The notes below the pieces were generated by a model. The model was not told the DNA's origin. It did no database searches and worked only from the letters and a program-made list of their open reading frames with translations. A program made the translations under genes and the position numbers. Shown piece by piece: positions 11,574-23,824 of a stretch of DNA of 40,800 nucleotides. The stretch is from NCBI GenBank assembly GCA_032718475.1, contig JAUCBJ010004953.1, positions 1-40,800 on the forward strand, written 5' to 3'. Source of the DNA: Nemertoderma westbladi. Lineage: Eukaryota; Animalia; Xenacoelomorpha. Position 1 is the first letter of the stretch. Every line of letters begins with the position of its first letter.

Positions 11574-12708
11574 GATCGGCATGCTGCATTGCAGCTGCAT
11601 TTTTAAGAATGCTGTGCCGGCTTGTCAACAAAATTGCACCGCCACACTGACATTTGCTAGATCATCCGCATCTTTAAGGCCAGTGTCCTTTAAGATGCGT
11701 CTCAAGAAAGTCATGGGCTGTCCACCATGCTTATTCACTCCATGAGGCTGCCAAAGTACAAGATTATGCACTGGCTGGTCCTCACGGCGAAAGCAATGTC
11801 CTGCAAAGCAGAGGCGATTTTGTTCTAGTGTCAAGCTTGGGGGAACCAATGAGACACCTCCAACGTTATATAGTGTCTGGTTGGAGATGTGTGCATTGTA
11901 CTTGACACAATGAACCTGGCGTAGCATTCTTGTGAATGTGCCATCCAGAGATTTGGTGTCCTCAGCAGTTAGAGCCCAGCATGGACTCCCGTAGAGGAGT
12001 ACTGGAACTACTGCTGCTCTAAATAATCGGACCTTAAGTTTCCGATTAATTCTAGGTGACTTCCAAATCCTGGAAAGCCTATTCAAGGCTGCCCATGCCT
12101 TTCCCTTACGTATTCGAAGGTCCTCGACTTCCGGATCCATGATCCCAGGTAACAGAAGTCGTCCACATGCTCAAGCATACCATCCTTTGAGCTTATGCTC
12201 ATCCGATCAGAGACTTGCTGAGGACTTTCAAAGTTAACTGTCAGAATTTTGGTCTTTCTGGAGTTAATAAAAAGACCAACACTAGAAGCAGCATGTTCTA
12301 ATGAGCTGAGGAGCCGTTGGGCTCCCTCTAATGATTCTGAGAGTACTCATAAGTCATCAGCAAAGTCTAGATCAGTTAGGTACTTGGCAGGATTTCCTCG
12401 ACTTCTGGAGCCAGTAGGTGGAGTTATCATCACCCCATCATCATTATGATGATCTAAGGACATGCGTAGAACATAGTCAACCACAATAATGAACAAGAAT
12501 GGTGCAAGTGTGTCTCCTTGGAGGATGCCCCATAACACTTCAAATGGTTCTGTGTCACCGTCAACAGTAGACACAAATGTTGTCGAACCATCGTATACTG
12601 ATCTGATTGCTGCAATAATTTCATCAGGAATCCCATATAATGAAAGTATGCTGAACATACGTGACCGAGAGACTGAATCAAAGGCCTTGAAGAAGTCAAC
12701 AAAGATAA

Positions 12709-14450
12709 TAATAATAATATATATTTATATATTTATATAGCGCCTTTCTGAACATATTTCAAGGCGCTTAAAAACTATTAGAAACCAACTAAAAAGGCTA
12801 CGTACAGAGAATTAATTAATAACTAAAAGGTCTGAACAATATTAAATAAAAATTAGCAATATTCCTCTTTGTACAGGTGAGTTTTGAGTCGCGATTTAAA
12901 CAGAGTCAGCGTCGTGGCATCTCTAACTTCTTGCGGGAGGGAGTTCCAGATTGTTGGTGCCGCAATTGAGAACGCCCGTCTCCCGTAATTATGCAAGTAA
13001 AACTGCGGTACAAATAGAAGTCCCTTATCAGCAGACCGTAATTGTCGTGGAGGTACATAGGGAGTTATTAAATGGGTCAAGTAGGCAGGAGCAGCACCAT
13101 GTAAACACTTGAATGTCAACAAAGCTATTTTAAATTTGATCCGTAAATTTACAGGTAACCAATGCAAACATTTAAGGACTGGAGTGATATGCTCTTGTTT
13201 CTTAACGCCCTCTAGCAGTCGCGCTGCGGAATTCTGTACATATTGTAATTTTTTGATTGACTTCGAGGGTAATCCATAATATAATGAGTTGTTGCTGTCG
13301 AGTTTGTTTGTGACAAAGGCATGAATTAAGATTTCAAGGTCATGTCTGCTGAGGTACCGTTTAATTTTAGCCAAACTTCGAAGATGAAGAAATGCATCTC
13401 GGACCGTTGTACTTATTTGATTGCTGTATGTCAGATTTGAATCCACGATGAAACCTATATTACGTGCCTTGTCGCTGCAGCTGATCAGGTCATCCCCTAT
13501 TTGTATGTTAGGGGGCGTTAGTTGTTTACCGAAACGGGACTGCAGAAGGATAATCTCCGTTTTATCTGAGTTCATTTTCAATAAATTATCTTCCATCCAC
13601 TTCTTTACATCGGCCACGCAACGTTCAGTCACCTCAACAGCGACGGACGAATTAATAGGTTTAAAACTAATGTATAGCTGTGTATCGTCCGCGTACAAAT
13701 GATACGAGAGGCCGTGGTTGCGAATAACATTTGAAAGCGAACGAGTGTATATCGAAAATAATATAGGCCCAAGTACCGATCCTTGTGGCAGCCCGTACAG
13801 CAAATCCAACCGGTTCGAATATTTTGCATTAATGCGAACCTGTTGTGACCTATTCGACAAGTACGATTTGAACCAGTCCAGGGCGATTCCCTCAACCCCG
13901 ATTTCTCGATCTAGAGTGTCCAACAGTTTAACGTGGTCGACCGTGTTGAAGGCAGCACTGAGGTCTAATAAGACGAGAAGTACTCCCGATCCCGAATCGA
14001 TTTTGCGTAATATGTCGTCGCTTACCTTAAGCAACGCGGTCTCCGTTCCGTGTAAGGGTCTGTACGCGCTCTGTAAAGGTTCATACAATATATTTATGTT
14101 CATATGAGTCATCAGCTGGTTTGCAATCACCCTTTCTGTTAACTTTGCTAAATATATCAGATTAGACACCGGCCTAAAGTTCCTAAGTATCTCAGGGTTT
14201 AATCGTGCTTTCTTTATGACTGGTGTTAACACAGCTTCCTTGAATAGAGTCGGCACAGTAGCAGTTGTAATTGATAAATTAATAATTAACATAATCACTG
14301 GTAGCAACAATTTTATTGAATGTTTTACTAATTGCGTGGGAATCGGATCCATGGTACTAGATTTAGATTTTGAGTTCTTTATTAGCTTTTCTGCCTCATC
14401 CATTGTTATTTTATTAAAGTGTTCCAATTTGGGAATATTGTTTCCTAAAT
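12709..14450 (-). mobile_element. L2-clade LINE, 5'-truncated, nested in the RTE
   Basis: RT ORF, 3' stem AGCGCCTT...AAGGCGCT (12739-12768) followed by ATATAAAT and an (ATT)n tail; TSD AAGATAA (12702-12708, 14480-14486). Confidence 0.9.
12853..14427 (-). CDS. L2 reverse transcriptase domain and C-terminus (no endonuclease)
   Basis: NFRPVSNL, QSAYR, LDLSAAFNTVDH, GLPQGSVLGP, YADDTQ, LQYVQNSAAR, HITPVL..LHWLP, FKSRLKTHL. Confidence 0.9.
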   Translation of the reverse strand: MEHFNKITMDEAEKLIKNSKSKSSTMDPIPTQLVKHSIKLLLPVIMLIINLSITTATVPTLFKEAVLTPVIKKARLNPEILRNFRPVSNLIYLAKLTERVIANQLMTHMNINILYEPLQSAYRPLHGTETALLKVSDDILRKIDSGSGVLLVLLDLSAAFNTVDHVKLLDTLDREIGVEGIALDWFKSYLSNRSQQVRINAKYSNRLDLLYGLPQGSVLGPILFSIYTRSLSNVIRNHGLSYHLYADDTQLYISFKPINSSVAVEVTERCVADVKKWMEDNLLKMNSDKTEIILLQSRFGKQLTPPNIQIGDDLISCSDKARNIGFIVDSNLTYSNQISTTVRDAFLHLRSLAKIKRYLSRHDLEILIHAFVTNKLDSNNSLYYGLPSKSIKKLQYVQNSAARLLEGVKKQEHITPVLKCLHWLPVNLRIKFKIALLTFKCLHGAAPAYLTHLITPYVPPRQLRSADKGLLFVPQFYLHNYGRRAFSIAAPTIWNSLPQEVRDATTLTLFKSRLKTHLYKEEYC

Positions 14451-14622
14451 AACAGCCAAGATAACAACCATAAGATCATAAGATAACAGCCAGATGCCTG
14501 TCTTTCTTTTTTGATAATTCTTCAATTATCCTTCTAAGTGCCAAAATGGGCTCCATGGTCCCACGACCTTTACGGAACCCATTCTGATTTCCACGGAGCA
14601 GTCCACGGAGCATATCTTGATA

Positions 14623-15130
14623 GTTTTTTATAAATAGAAGTTTCTTTTTTTGCCATATTATTCCGAAAAATACAAGTAGCAATGATCTGGCATATTTGAA
14701 ATGTATTCCATTAGAATCAGCGCCCTAGAAAACCTGAAAATGTGAATTTATTGCATCGTATAAGTGAATTAAAAATTTTGTGTTCTAACTGAAAAGTGCT
14801 GGTTAATTGTTTTTTTCATTTTTTTCCTACACAGAGAGGACTAAACAGCCATTTAAGGTAATTATATCATTTTTAAATATTTTCCAATGTATTTTGCGCC
14901 CCAGAAAACCTGTATTGAAAAATAATTAGCCGAAAAATGTAACTTTCAAATTTTGTGGAAATTGTGCACTACTTGTAATTTTGGTGCTGCAAATTACCAC
15001 CCCAGTACATTTTTTCGAAATTTTTTTTTCGGTCGGATCCAGACTAGTGATACCTACGTACAAACAACAACTCAGACGTTTTCGTTAATATTTGTAGATT
15101 TTAGAGGGAAGGGTCAATATGACCCTAATT
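14623..15130. mobile_element. Degraded DNA-transposon (piggyBac-like) terminal region
   Basis: Ends in palindrome GGGTCAATATGACCC (15111-15125) resembling that at 11435-11450; similar attccatt..a.tcag subterminal motif as at 10891. Confidence 0.35.
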
Positions 15131-15399
15131 AATTGCTTTGATTTTAGGTGTAAGCATAAGTACTTTGTAAACATAGGCCTGTCTACCTGTCGCTGCTGCT
15201 ATGCTATATCAATGCCAGTACATAGTAGGCCAATACTTAGGCTGTTAGGCCACCAGCATTGCTTCTGTGGTTTGGAAGCAGTGGAATTGTGCACTGGAAG
15301 GCACCCAACCACCCACCGTGGTCTGGTGGTTCTTTAAATTAATCTAATCTAATCTAATTGTTAATTAATCATAATAATTAATTTATCTAATCTAAAGCC

Positions 15400-16910
15400 C
15401 AGCTTCCATGATTTAAAATAGAACCAGACCAAGATGTTCTCCGCTACATAGAGCGACTTGACCGCAGTAGTGGTCTCATTGGAGCCCACGCACTGTCTGA
15501 GGTACCATCCGATGCATCCACTCTCTTATCCAATTCTCAGAAAGTGCCCATCGAGAGTCCATATTATCCTCAACCAACAGCTGGGAACATTGCGCCGAGT
15601 CCATGCACCCATTGCTCAATCTAATTTTAATAGACTGCTAAGCCATATTATTTCATTAAACCCTGATGTTAGTGTGCCATTGCTACAAATTGAGGGCATT
15701 CTTTTTCCACGTATTTTTTGGGCAATGATAAATGGGTCTGTTTTGGGCGCTCTGCCATCCGTGCTCTTTTCAAACAGGGGTACAAACAGAAGGGGGGTGG
15801 CGACCCTAGAGGACCATTTAGGTATTAGGTTAAGGGATTGGAGTTTGCATACCTCTAGGCGTCTGCCTTATGTAGGGTTTATTTTTGATGTTCTACTTAA
15901 CCGGCAGCTAAACTCTAACTCAGCAGTTTTAGCTCTTACTAAAGGGCTTGAGTTTCTAACCAAGAGAACTGCTGAGTTTAAGTTGCAAGAAAATAAGATA
16001 AATTTTGACGAGGCAGATTCTCGTAGAAAATTAAAGGAACTCGCAGCCCTGACGAGGGAGGCGCCCTGGGATTATTTTGTTACATTCACTTGTAATGATT
16101 CAGAAACACCAGGCGTCGCCCCTCTTTATAATAGAATTAAAGAAGTGTTTGGCCACACCGAGTTTTTCCAAGAGAAACTCGAAAGTTACGGTGTGCGTCT
16201 CGCCCAGGCTTGGCATCGGACTGTGAGCCATGTTGCAGACTGGATCCAATACAGTCCGCAAGAGCCAATGGGCAAAATTAAAAGGATATGGTGGAGGTAT
16301 GAATTCCAAAGCCAAAGTGCTCTAGGTAACAAACCCCATGTTCATATGGGGCTATCCTTACATCCGGGTGAAACCACTCTAGATCATCAGAAACGTGTTT
16401 GCTGCCAATCCAAGAGTTTGTTCCACGAAGATTTTAATACAGATTACGCAATTAGGGATTTTAATGATTATGGGAAGTTTTTAAATAAATTTCAACTTTT
16501 TCAGACTCACGATTGACTTTTTCAGACCCCCCCCCCCCCCCCGGGGGGGGGGGGGGGGGGGCGTTGCCAAAATCGAACTGACAGTGATGGACAGTTTGAT
16601 TTTATAGAACACAAAAACTTATATACAGAAAAAACTTTCAATAAATTAGTAGATCTTGGATTGGCAGGATACATGAATGACGATGTGACAGACTCCTGGT
16701 TGAACCCGTTTATTGCTGGAATACACACTTACCCAGCATTGGGCTCTGAGTTTTTCACACAGACGGTACCGCTTTTGTTTGTTATTATGAGAGCTGCTTG
16801 CAATGTGCAAGTAGTTAATTCGCGATTCCAAAAATCGTATTTATTAAAATACGCTGCCGGGAAAGAAGAACATAAAAAACATATTGTTAAGGAAACAAAG
16901 GAACCGGGGG
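15400..16910 (+). mobile_element. Helitron-like HUH Rep pseudogene, copy A (truncated, no helicase)
   Basis: Rolling-circle motif 1 YFVTFTCN, motif 2 RYEFQ...GNKPHVHMGL and motif 3 SYLLKYAAG lie in order across ORFs 15458-16516 and 16661-16910. Confidence 0.75.
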
Positions 16911-17520
16911 TGTTATCTTGTATGTACTGGAAACAGTCACCTTCTTTATTGAGGGCCTTTACAAATTGTTTCATTAGACCAAATTTGATATGAAGTAGAG
17001 GTGGCAGTATCTTTGATGGATTGGGGATTAGTCGGGGGTTTATAACATTTTTATCTCCAGGGGTTAGAGTTCGCTGTTTCAAAATATTCTTTGTCCAATG
17101 GCTTGCCCTATCCCTACTATCCCACTCACACAAAAAACAGGGAAACTTTGTAAATCCTGATTTCTGTCCCAATAACATATTAGTAACCTTTAGGTCAACA
17201 CAAATATACCACTCATGATCAGCGTACTTGATTTTAGTAAAGACCTCCATACTTTCATAGGTCTCTTTTAAGTGAGTTGAATGAGCCAAAGGGATAGAAG
17301 CAAAGATATTTCCATTATGTAAGAGTACAGCTTTGAGGCGTATTTTTGATGAGTCTATGAATAAACACCATGCCAGTCATTAGGATCAAATGGCCCCAAA
17401 TTACCCTATAAGTCCACTGACATTGGTACAATAAACTAATGAGCCATCCTTAGTAAATAATGGAAGGTATTCCTTTTCACGAGTTTTATACCACGCAAAC
17501 GTAGTTTCTGGAGCTAGCTA
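16910..17520 (-). mobile_element. Chapaev-3-like (CMC) transposase fragment
   Basis: W.LFIDSSK..LKAVLLHNGN (~17300-17380), HLKETY, DLKV..LLGQKSGFTKFPCFLCEWDSR, LHIKFGLMKQFVKAL. Family from recalled motifs. Confidence 0.72.
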
Positions 17521-17685
17521 GTTTAGTATGTCCTACAATTTCATTATTATCAAAAAAGTAAAGTAAAGTAAAAAAAATCATCCTCCAAAATCATCGTCAC
17601 CAAAGTCAATAATATCACAAGTTCCCCCTCCAATATTGTATTTATCAAACAATTCCAGACCAATGTCTATATCGCATAGTCCATC

Positions 17686-17762
17686 ATTATCAGACAATCC
17701 GTCACTGTCTTTATTATTATCAGACAATCCCTCACCGTCTTTATTATTATCAGCCAATCCCT
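17686..17762. repeat. 27-bp tandem repeat, ~3 copies
   Basis: ttattattatcagacaatccgtcactgtct-like unit repeated. Confidence 0.75.
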
Positions 17763-18039
17763 CTTTCATGAAAAAATTGTAAAGTGGAGTTGATTCTAAT
17801 ATATTGATTTTAAACACTGGATCCCATCCGAATACCAAACAATATCAAATGTGATGATGGGGACAACTATTTGGATTTAATGATGTTATAACAGGCTTAA
17901 AAAAAAATGAAAAAACAGCCTTGGTTTCTATACGATGCATGATCATCATATGTGGATCACGATTTTTGAATGATGCTGAAACGAGGTGGGCTGTTTGTGA
18001 GCAAGGGTTATTGGCTATTCTGTGGGCAGCTGAGAGATG

Positions 18040-18370
18040 CAAACTGTAATTACATGGTGCTGATCATTTTCATGTCAATACAGACCAAAAACTACTTCTA
18101 ACAATATGCAATAGTACCTTTATGTCTGGAGAATGTATTTGCTATGGCTATATTGGAAGCCTGGTAGAAGTCCAGCAGTATTTTTCCATTTTGGTTGATA
18201 TCTGTCAGATTGTATTGCCCAATAATGTTGTGACTTATATGCGGTGTCGTCTTCCTTGTTCCCATTTGTCCGTTTAAATCACCCAATATTAAGAAATTTC
18301 CTTTACTTCGTGCCTGTACAATTTGAATATGTAGATTATCCAACAAATTGGCTAAAATTGGCATAATATG
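18040..18370 (-). mobile_element. LINE AP-endonuclease fragment
   Basis: LILGDLNGQMG...IGQY...NQNGKILLDF...IANTF. Confidence 0.8.
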
Positions 18371-18518
18371 TGCCTAAACTATTGGTGTGATTAGATTAAA
18401 TTAAATGATAAAGAAGGGATCTACAAGATCTTGTTGAGCTATTTGTTTCTGTAATTTCGTTGATAGCATATTTTCTACTGTATCACAATCCCCTCCAGTC
18501 ACCACCTGTAATAATACC

Positions 18519-19549
18519 GTGGCTGCTGGATCTAAATCACCAGGAAGCAAGCTGCGAGAAATTTGTGCCACCCAGTTGAACAGATCGCGCTACGATTTAA
18601 ATGATTTGTTGGAATATGATCCAGACAAGGTGATTCGGGAAGGTGACGTGCGGGATTTTTTGTATGACCTGACTGGTGTGGACAATAAAGATTTGACGAC
18701 CTCTAAAACGAAAAGATCTAAAACTATTGCTGTCAAATTATATGAACTTATATTATCTTCTATACACTCCAAATATAATGGTAAACTAGCAACTTTGGAG
18801 AATGTAGTGTGTTACTCAGTTACATGACGGTAACTAGGATGCTGAAATATTCAGCAAATACTCAACAATCATTTGGGGATGGAGATATTTCAGTACTAAT
18901 TGACAACATGCAGTTTGTTGGTAAAACGTACCATGTATATAATCAAAAACATCTACTGCTACCTGTATCAAAGGTCACAAACGTCCTTTCGATTAATCAC
19001 CCACCAAAACATAAATACCAACAGATGAACATGAAACATTTAGAGCTTGGAGAAAAATTAGATAGCACACTAGACTCATTTTTGAACCAAAACAAAACAT
19101 TGTTTAGTTCGATTCATTCCCTGTTTGTCCTGTCGGAATTATCTGTCCTGAAGGGTCACCTCAAGTCATAATCAACGATATTCAATGACAAAACGTATGA
19201 AAGACTCATATCATTGTTGGAGGATCGAGGCACCATTGAAGCCACCCCTGGTCCACTGTTTACGGATGTACAGGTCCATTCACCCATTGAAGGCGATCTG
19301 AGCTCGTATGCTGCTGTGGAGTCTATAATGGAGAGGACAATGCAAAATAGTGGTGTATGTGACCCGAGCTGCAGTAGGGAGTGGGTGGCTATGGTAATGG
19401 ATGGGAGTCCTATGTCCCTTGCCTTAAACTTGCTTAGTGACCATCCTGAATGGGTGAATAAACTTTTATTAGTGCCAGGATATGCCCACATGGAGAAGAT
19501 CATGATGAAGGCTGCCATTGCCCGCCGTAAGTTCCTTAGATCAGGGTGA
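18519..19549 (+). pseudogene. Decayed unclassified transposase-like ORF
   Basis: Three collinear broken ORFs with VLIDNMQ, REWVAMVMDGSP and LLVPGYAHMEK, resembling a D...D...PG..H.E catalytic layout. Family not confidently recognised. Confidence 0.45.
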
Positions 19550-19949
19550 AGCGTGACGCCGTCCTGGGACGCCATAAAATTTAGGACCAAATATCTCAGA
19601 TTCAGACAGGAAAAACCCGGGTCAACCTGTATCTCTTATAGGTGCGAGCTGATGCTGTTTGTCAGTATGCGCAAGTAAATATACTAGGTGCAAATAGCAC
19701 ACTCTATAATTTGGTGATTTGCTGTACTGGTGGTACAGTACTGGTTAGCTCTGTAGGCCTTACAGTTTGACTCACCTGCCTGAGTCCAAAGTAATTGCAC
19801 AGGCAGCTTTCTGCTACTGGCACGGCACGCAGTACTTGAATAAACTTAATATAAACTCAATAAACTTAATAAACTCAATAAACTTGAATATTTGGTAATT
19901 GAGAACTCAGACAAACCCACGTGGAGTATAACACGCTCAAAACTGGAAC

Positions 19950-22690
19950 CAGCTATATCTCATACCTAAGTTGGGATTATAAGGAGAGTAAGAGGAGCAA
20001 ATATACGGACGTATATGGAGAAGGAGCTACCCCTAACATCAACAGGTTTGAATCACAGCTGAAATGGAGAGGGTGCGTATATTGGGCGATTATCTCGCCT
20101 CCAGGGATAATCCTACAATATTATTTGGCTATAGAATCATCGGTCAACATGTTTCATTACCGATGGCGATATAGTGTCTAGGACTCTAAAGCGACACCCA
20201 TTAGGTCTCGGAGAGGGACATACAGTTTATGAGGAAGGGCGGATGCATACAGAAGTATTTCGCCGATTCCTTCAACCATTCTATAACACCGACGCCCTAT
20301 AATCTATAATCCCGCAGAGAGCTACTCACGCAGATACTGTGTTGATAAATAGAAAGTGGACGCTTACTATTGTAAATCCATCACCAATATACAATCAAAG
20401 GTGCAGGATGATTACCTACAGTAAGTACATGGGAGGAAATCCAAACAAAGTGCCAAAAACATTTGTATCCCCTAACAAAAGATTTCCGTGGTTCAGGCTA
20501 TCTTTGCTGTACTTTGTTGCTGACAAATGCACTTTGTAATAAAAAGTCAACTCATAGATGCCCAGAGAGGGGAATGTACAGCGGCTATGTGTAGTAGACA
20601 TTGGGATCAAATGTCATCATTGAATGTTCTTGTAACTCCCAGACCTCCAACAGAAGCTACAGATCACTTGTTAGATAGTGAAAGTAATGTAAATCCGGAA
20701 GAATCACCCGAACCGCACCCTTGGTGGGTGGCCTGTTAAGTGGCCATTCACTTACATCTACTGATCCGAATTACCTTGTCTTTGTATTCAATGCCCTAAT
20801 GAACTGCAATTTACAATATATGGACTTGAGATATGTTATGAAACGAGGGCTCGGTGCCCTTCTTAGCAAGTCCTCCACCATTCCAAACATCAAAGCCAAA
20901 TGCCGACTTAATTTTGATCAAACTGATAGTGATAGAAATGTGTTGGAATTATCGAATGTTCTTGCTAACAAAAAGGTCCTCCAATATATTTTTATACACA
21001 TACTATCGACATGGATACGCATCCAGGAGTTGCACCTATTTGGAAGCAGGTGCAAAAGCTACTATCAGCTGCTGTAGATTCTCCTGAATTACAACATTCA
21101 ATAACTCAGTCAGCCATGATGCTATATACTCGTGCCAACCAGCGAGCCCATGAATACCTAATTTAGTACATTGAAAAGTCGCACAAAAAACCTCTAGGCG
21201 ACATTGACCACATCAGTTAGGTATAATAAGAGACAGGGAACAACTGGAACAAATATTGTCAAATATAAAAAGACAAGTACATAGCTGCTCTGTGGAAGGG
21301 GCCAGGTGTCAAAAGAAGAGTGTGTAGGCACCGTAAAACTAGTACGCAGGAAGGATACAGCTATGACATCATTCCACTGAAACATTCGAAAGAGGCCCTA
21401 GAAGCTTATCTGGCTTATCTTAGCTGAACGAGATCCCCGGTGAGGTAGACCCATCAGACTTCTCCCCCCTCTAGTTGCTGGTCGACATACGTATCCAACC
21501 GATGGAGATGAGGCATTTTCTCCATGTTTTCCTTCATTGTTTGCATTGCATCAATCAAATGACAATGCTTTAATAACGGATCACCATACCTCAGCGGATT
21601 ACGTCACTAAATATGAAGATGGTTCGGATGAGAAATGCAGCCTGTATTTAACTTCTGGGAATAAACAGGATGCCATTAAAGTCACAGCCCAGGAATATTA
21701 AAATATTAAAATAACCGGCCAACATATTAATAAAGAAAATAAAGACCAACAACAGGAATCCAAACAAATAACACAGCAAGTAAGATCTCTTGGTTGTCCA
21801 GAAGCAGAATGGCTATTATTGGAATTCCCTCTGACAGTTTCAAATATAGATTCGATTTACATACCAACAGTTGTTATGGATATCGATCTTCGCCATGGAT
21901 ATATGATCGAAAAACGTTACAGGGGACCAGCAGTACCAGCAGATGGAGGGGCGGTTGGTGACTTCCTGGAAGCAGTTAGGGTACATCAGGATTTGATGCA
22001 ATTGCTACCTGAGTGACAGTTTACCCAAATCCAGGAACTGATGATTCTGGATAGAAAAGCTGCAAAGATAAGCATCGACAAAATATCAGTGTTCTCCCTA
22101 CGGACACCTGTGTTAGTGTTTGTAAACTCACTGAAGTTGTACTTAACCTGGTTTGCACGAATTACTCCACCCAGGAACGCAGACCAATCGGGTCACTGGT
22201 GCTTGGATAGATGGCGACAATAGGATGGTGCAAATTCGACCTATTGTAATTCCCCTTCTAAAAGATTTCATTAGAAACATCAATAATACTAATGTTAATT
22301 ATACTGTAAATTCTGCTAAAGTTTCTGCTATGTTTCATCTTGAGCATGGGAACATTAGAAACCGAACACGATATTTTCTGTGTTCCAAATCTGAAGACAT
22401 CATTCATTAAAGCTGGGTTACTACCACCAGGAGTTTAAGGAAGAGAGCAGCTATTACAACATGCCAATTCATTAGCAGTCTGGAGGAACGCAGAGCCGAG
22501 ATAAGTTGGCCATAGCTGCCTGGAATTGTCTCCGTGAGTTCTTTCTCAATAACAACATATCCTGTTACGGTACTCCAGCAGTTTTGTATTTCGAATTGCA
22601 AGAAGAGGCAACATTAAATCTTGCTGCTACACTCTTGGAGTTAAGAAGAAATATTGCTGCCGCATTATACAATATGACATTTGACATGAT
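19950..22690 (+). mobile_element. Helitron-like HUH Rep pseudogene, copy B (heavily decayed)
   Basis: Collinear with copy A: NFDQTDSDRNVLEL vs NFDEADSRRKLKEL; HPGVAPI vs TPGVAPL; SHKKPLG vs SPQEPMG; AGRHTYP vs AGIHTYP; DYVTKY vs SYLLKY. Many stops and frameshifts; the motif 2 region is deleted. Boundaries approximate. Confidence 0.7.
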
Positions 22691-22727
22691 ATGACATATG
22701 ACATTGAGTATAATAGATAAATTGAGT

Positions 22728-23003
22728 AGGACATAGAAGCCATTGACTCCAACGCTGTAATACCTGTTATTAATATAGAATAAGAACACTTGACTTGGAA
22801 AATGTAGATAGTGATTGAATTAATATTGTATTTTGGCATAACAAACGATGAATATTTAGTGCCACCCTCCATTATTGGGGAGGACATAGCATCCATTGAC
22901 TCCGACTCTGTAATACCTGTTATTAATATATAGATGAACACTTGACTTGTCCGTGGGAAATGTGATATGGGAAATCCGATGTTGTATTTTGGCATAACAA
23001 ACA
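22728..23003. repeat. Degenerate 153-bp tandem duplication
   Basis: aggacatag...cattgactcc...tgtaatacctgttattaatata...ttgtattttggcataacaaac at 22728 and 22881. Confidence 0.8.
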
Positions 23004-23824
23004 TTGTGTATTATTGACATAAATATTTTTTGTCTCGGGGGCTGGGTATTATAAATTTACTATTGTGACAGATGGGGGAGCTTGCGTGACACCTTGTGAC
23101 AGAGATGGGGGGGGGGGGGGGGGGGGGTGTCAAACATCGGGGAAATTTGCTTGACATACTTTATGAACGTCCCCATACGTATCATGGGACAACTATGTTT
23201 ATACTTCCAGACCGTACGTACACCATCTGTAGACCGCAGTTCCACACCAGAATATACTTGTGAGAGGAGCCCAAATCCACAGTTCACCTCAACTGCTGGG
23301 TGGGAGAACCGGATTTAGTGTGCCACATCAACGGGGGGAAATTTATTGTTTTGTTTTGTTATTTATTGTTTTGGTTAGAATAAAGGGCCTCCTGTTTTTG
23401 CATTATCTCATCCCTTATCCATATTTGATACCGGTAATTAACAATGTTAATTTTAATTTACTGAAATTGGATTTGCGTCAAGTATCCCCGATAAAGAAAG
23501 GGGAGATTTCTATAGGGACACATACACACATACACACACACACATAGCCTTATTCCTTATATATACAGTATACTATGTTGGTGAGTTTCTGTTTAGTAAT
23601 GTTATAAATGTTCAATATTATTAATTAAAAAATGGTAATTTAAAAACATCGACTTGAGTACTGGAGTTTCCTCTGGGGAGTATAGTTCTGAGGGGAACGC
23701 ACTGGAAATAAATCGTCACAATTTGTGCGTAATCCCTGGCCTAACGGCCCCTACTTTTTAATATAAATATTTATACATCCACCTGGGATGGTTGAATGAG
23801 ACTATTTTCATTTATCCCCCGTAG

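Larger units (their letters stand above)
11552..14610 (-). mobile_element. RTE-group LINE, 5'-truncated and decayed, split by a nested L2
   Basis: RT pieces QNGFRKGRG...HLAVI (14480-14610), FVDFFKAFDS...GILQGDTLAP...FADD (12347-12705) and C-terminal LLYG...GHC.R (11625-12140). (GTA)n tail and 12-bp TSD CATATCTTGATA (11540-11551, 14611-14622). Confidence 0.9.

Noticed and set aside
13421-14452. Plus-strand ORFs overlapping the L2 RT (and similar shadows over Gypsy pol and LINE ORF2)
   Set aside because: These are antisense shadow ORFs with no independent motifs.
17578-18042. Short minus-strand ORFs including an Asp/Gly-rich one
   Set aside because: No recognisable domain; partly a 27-bp repeat and probably TE debris.
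23060-23177. MITE-like end (poly-G then gacatactttatgaacgtcccc)
   Set aside because: No partner TIR or TSD was found.
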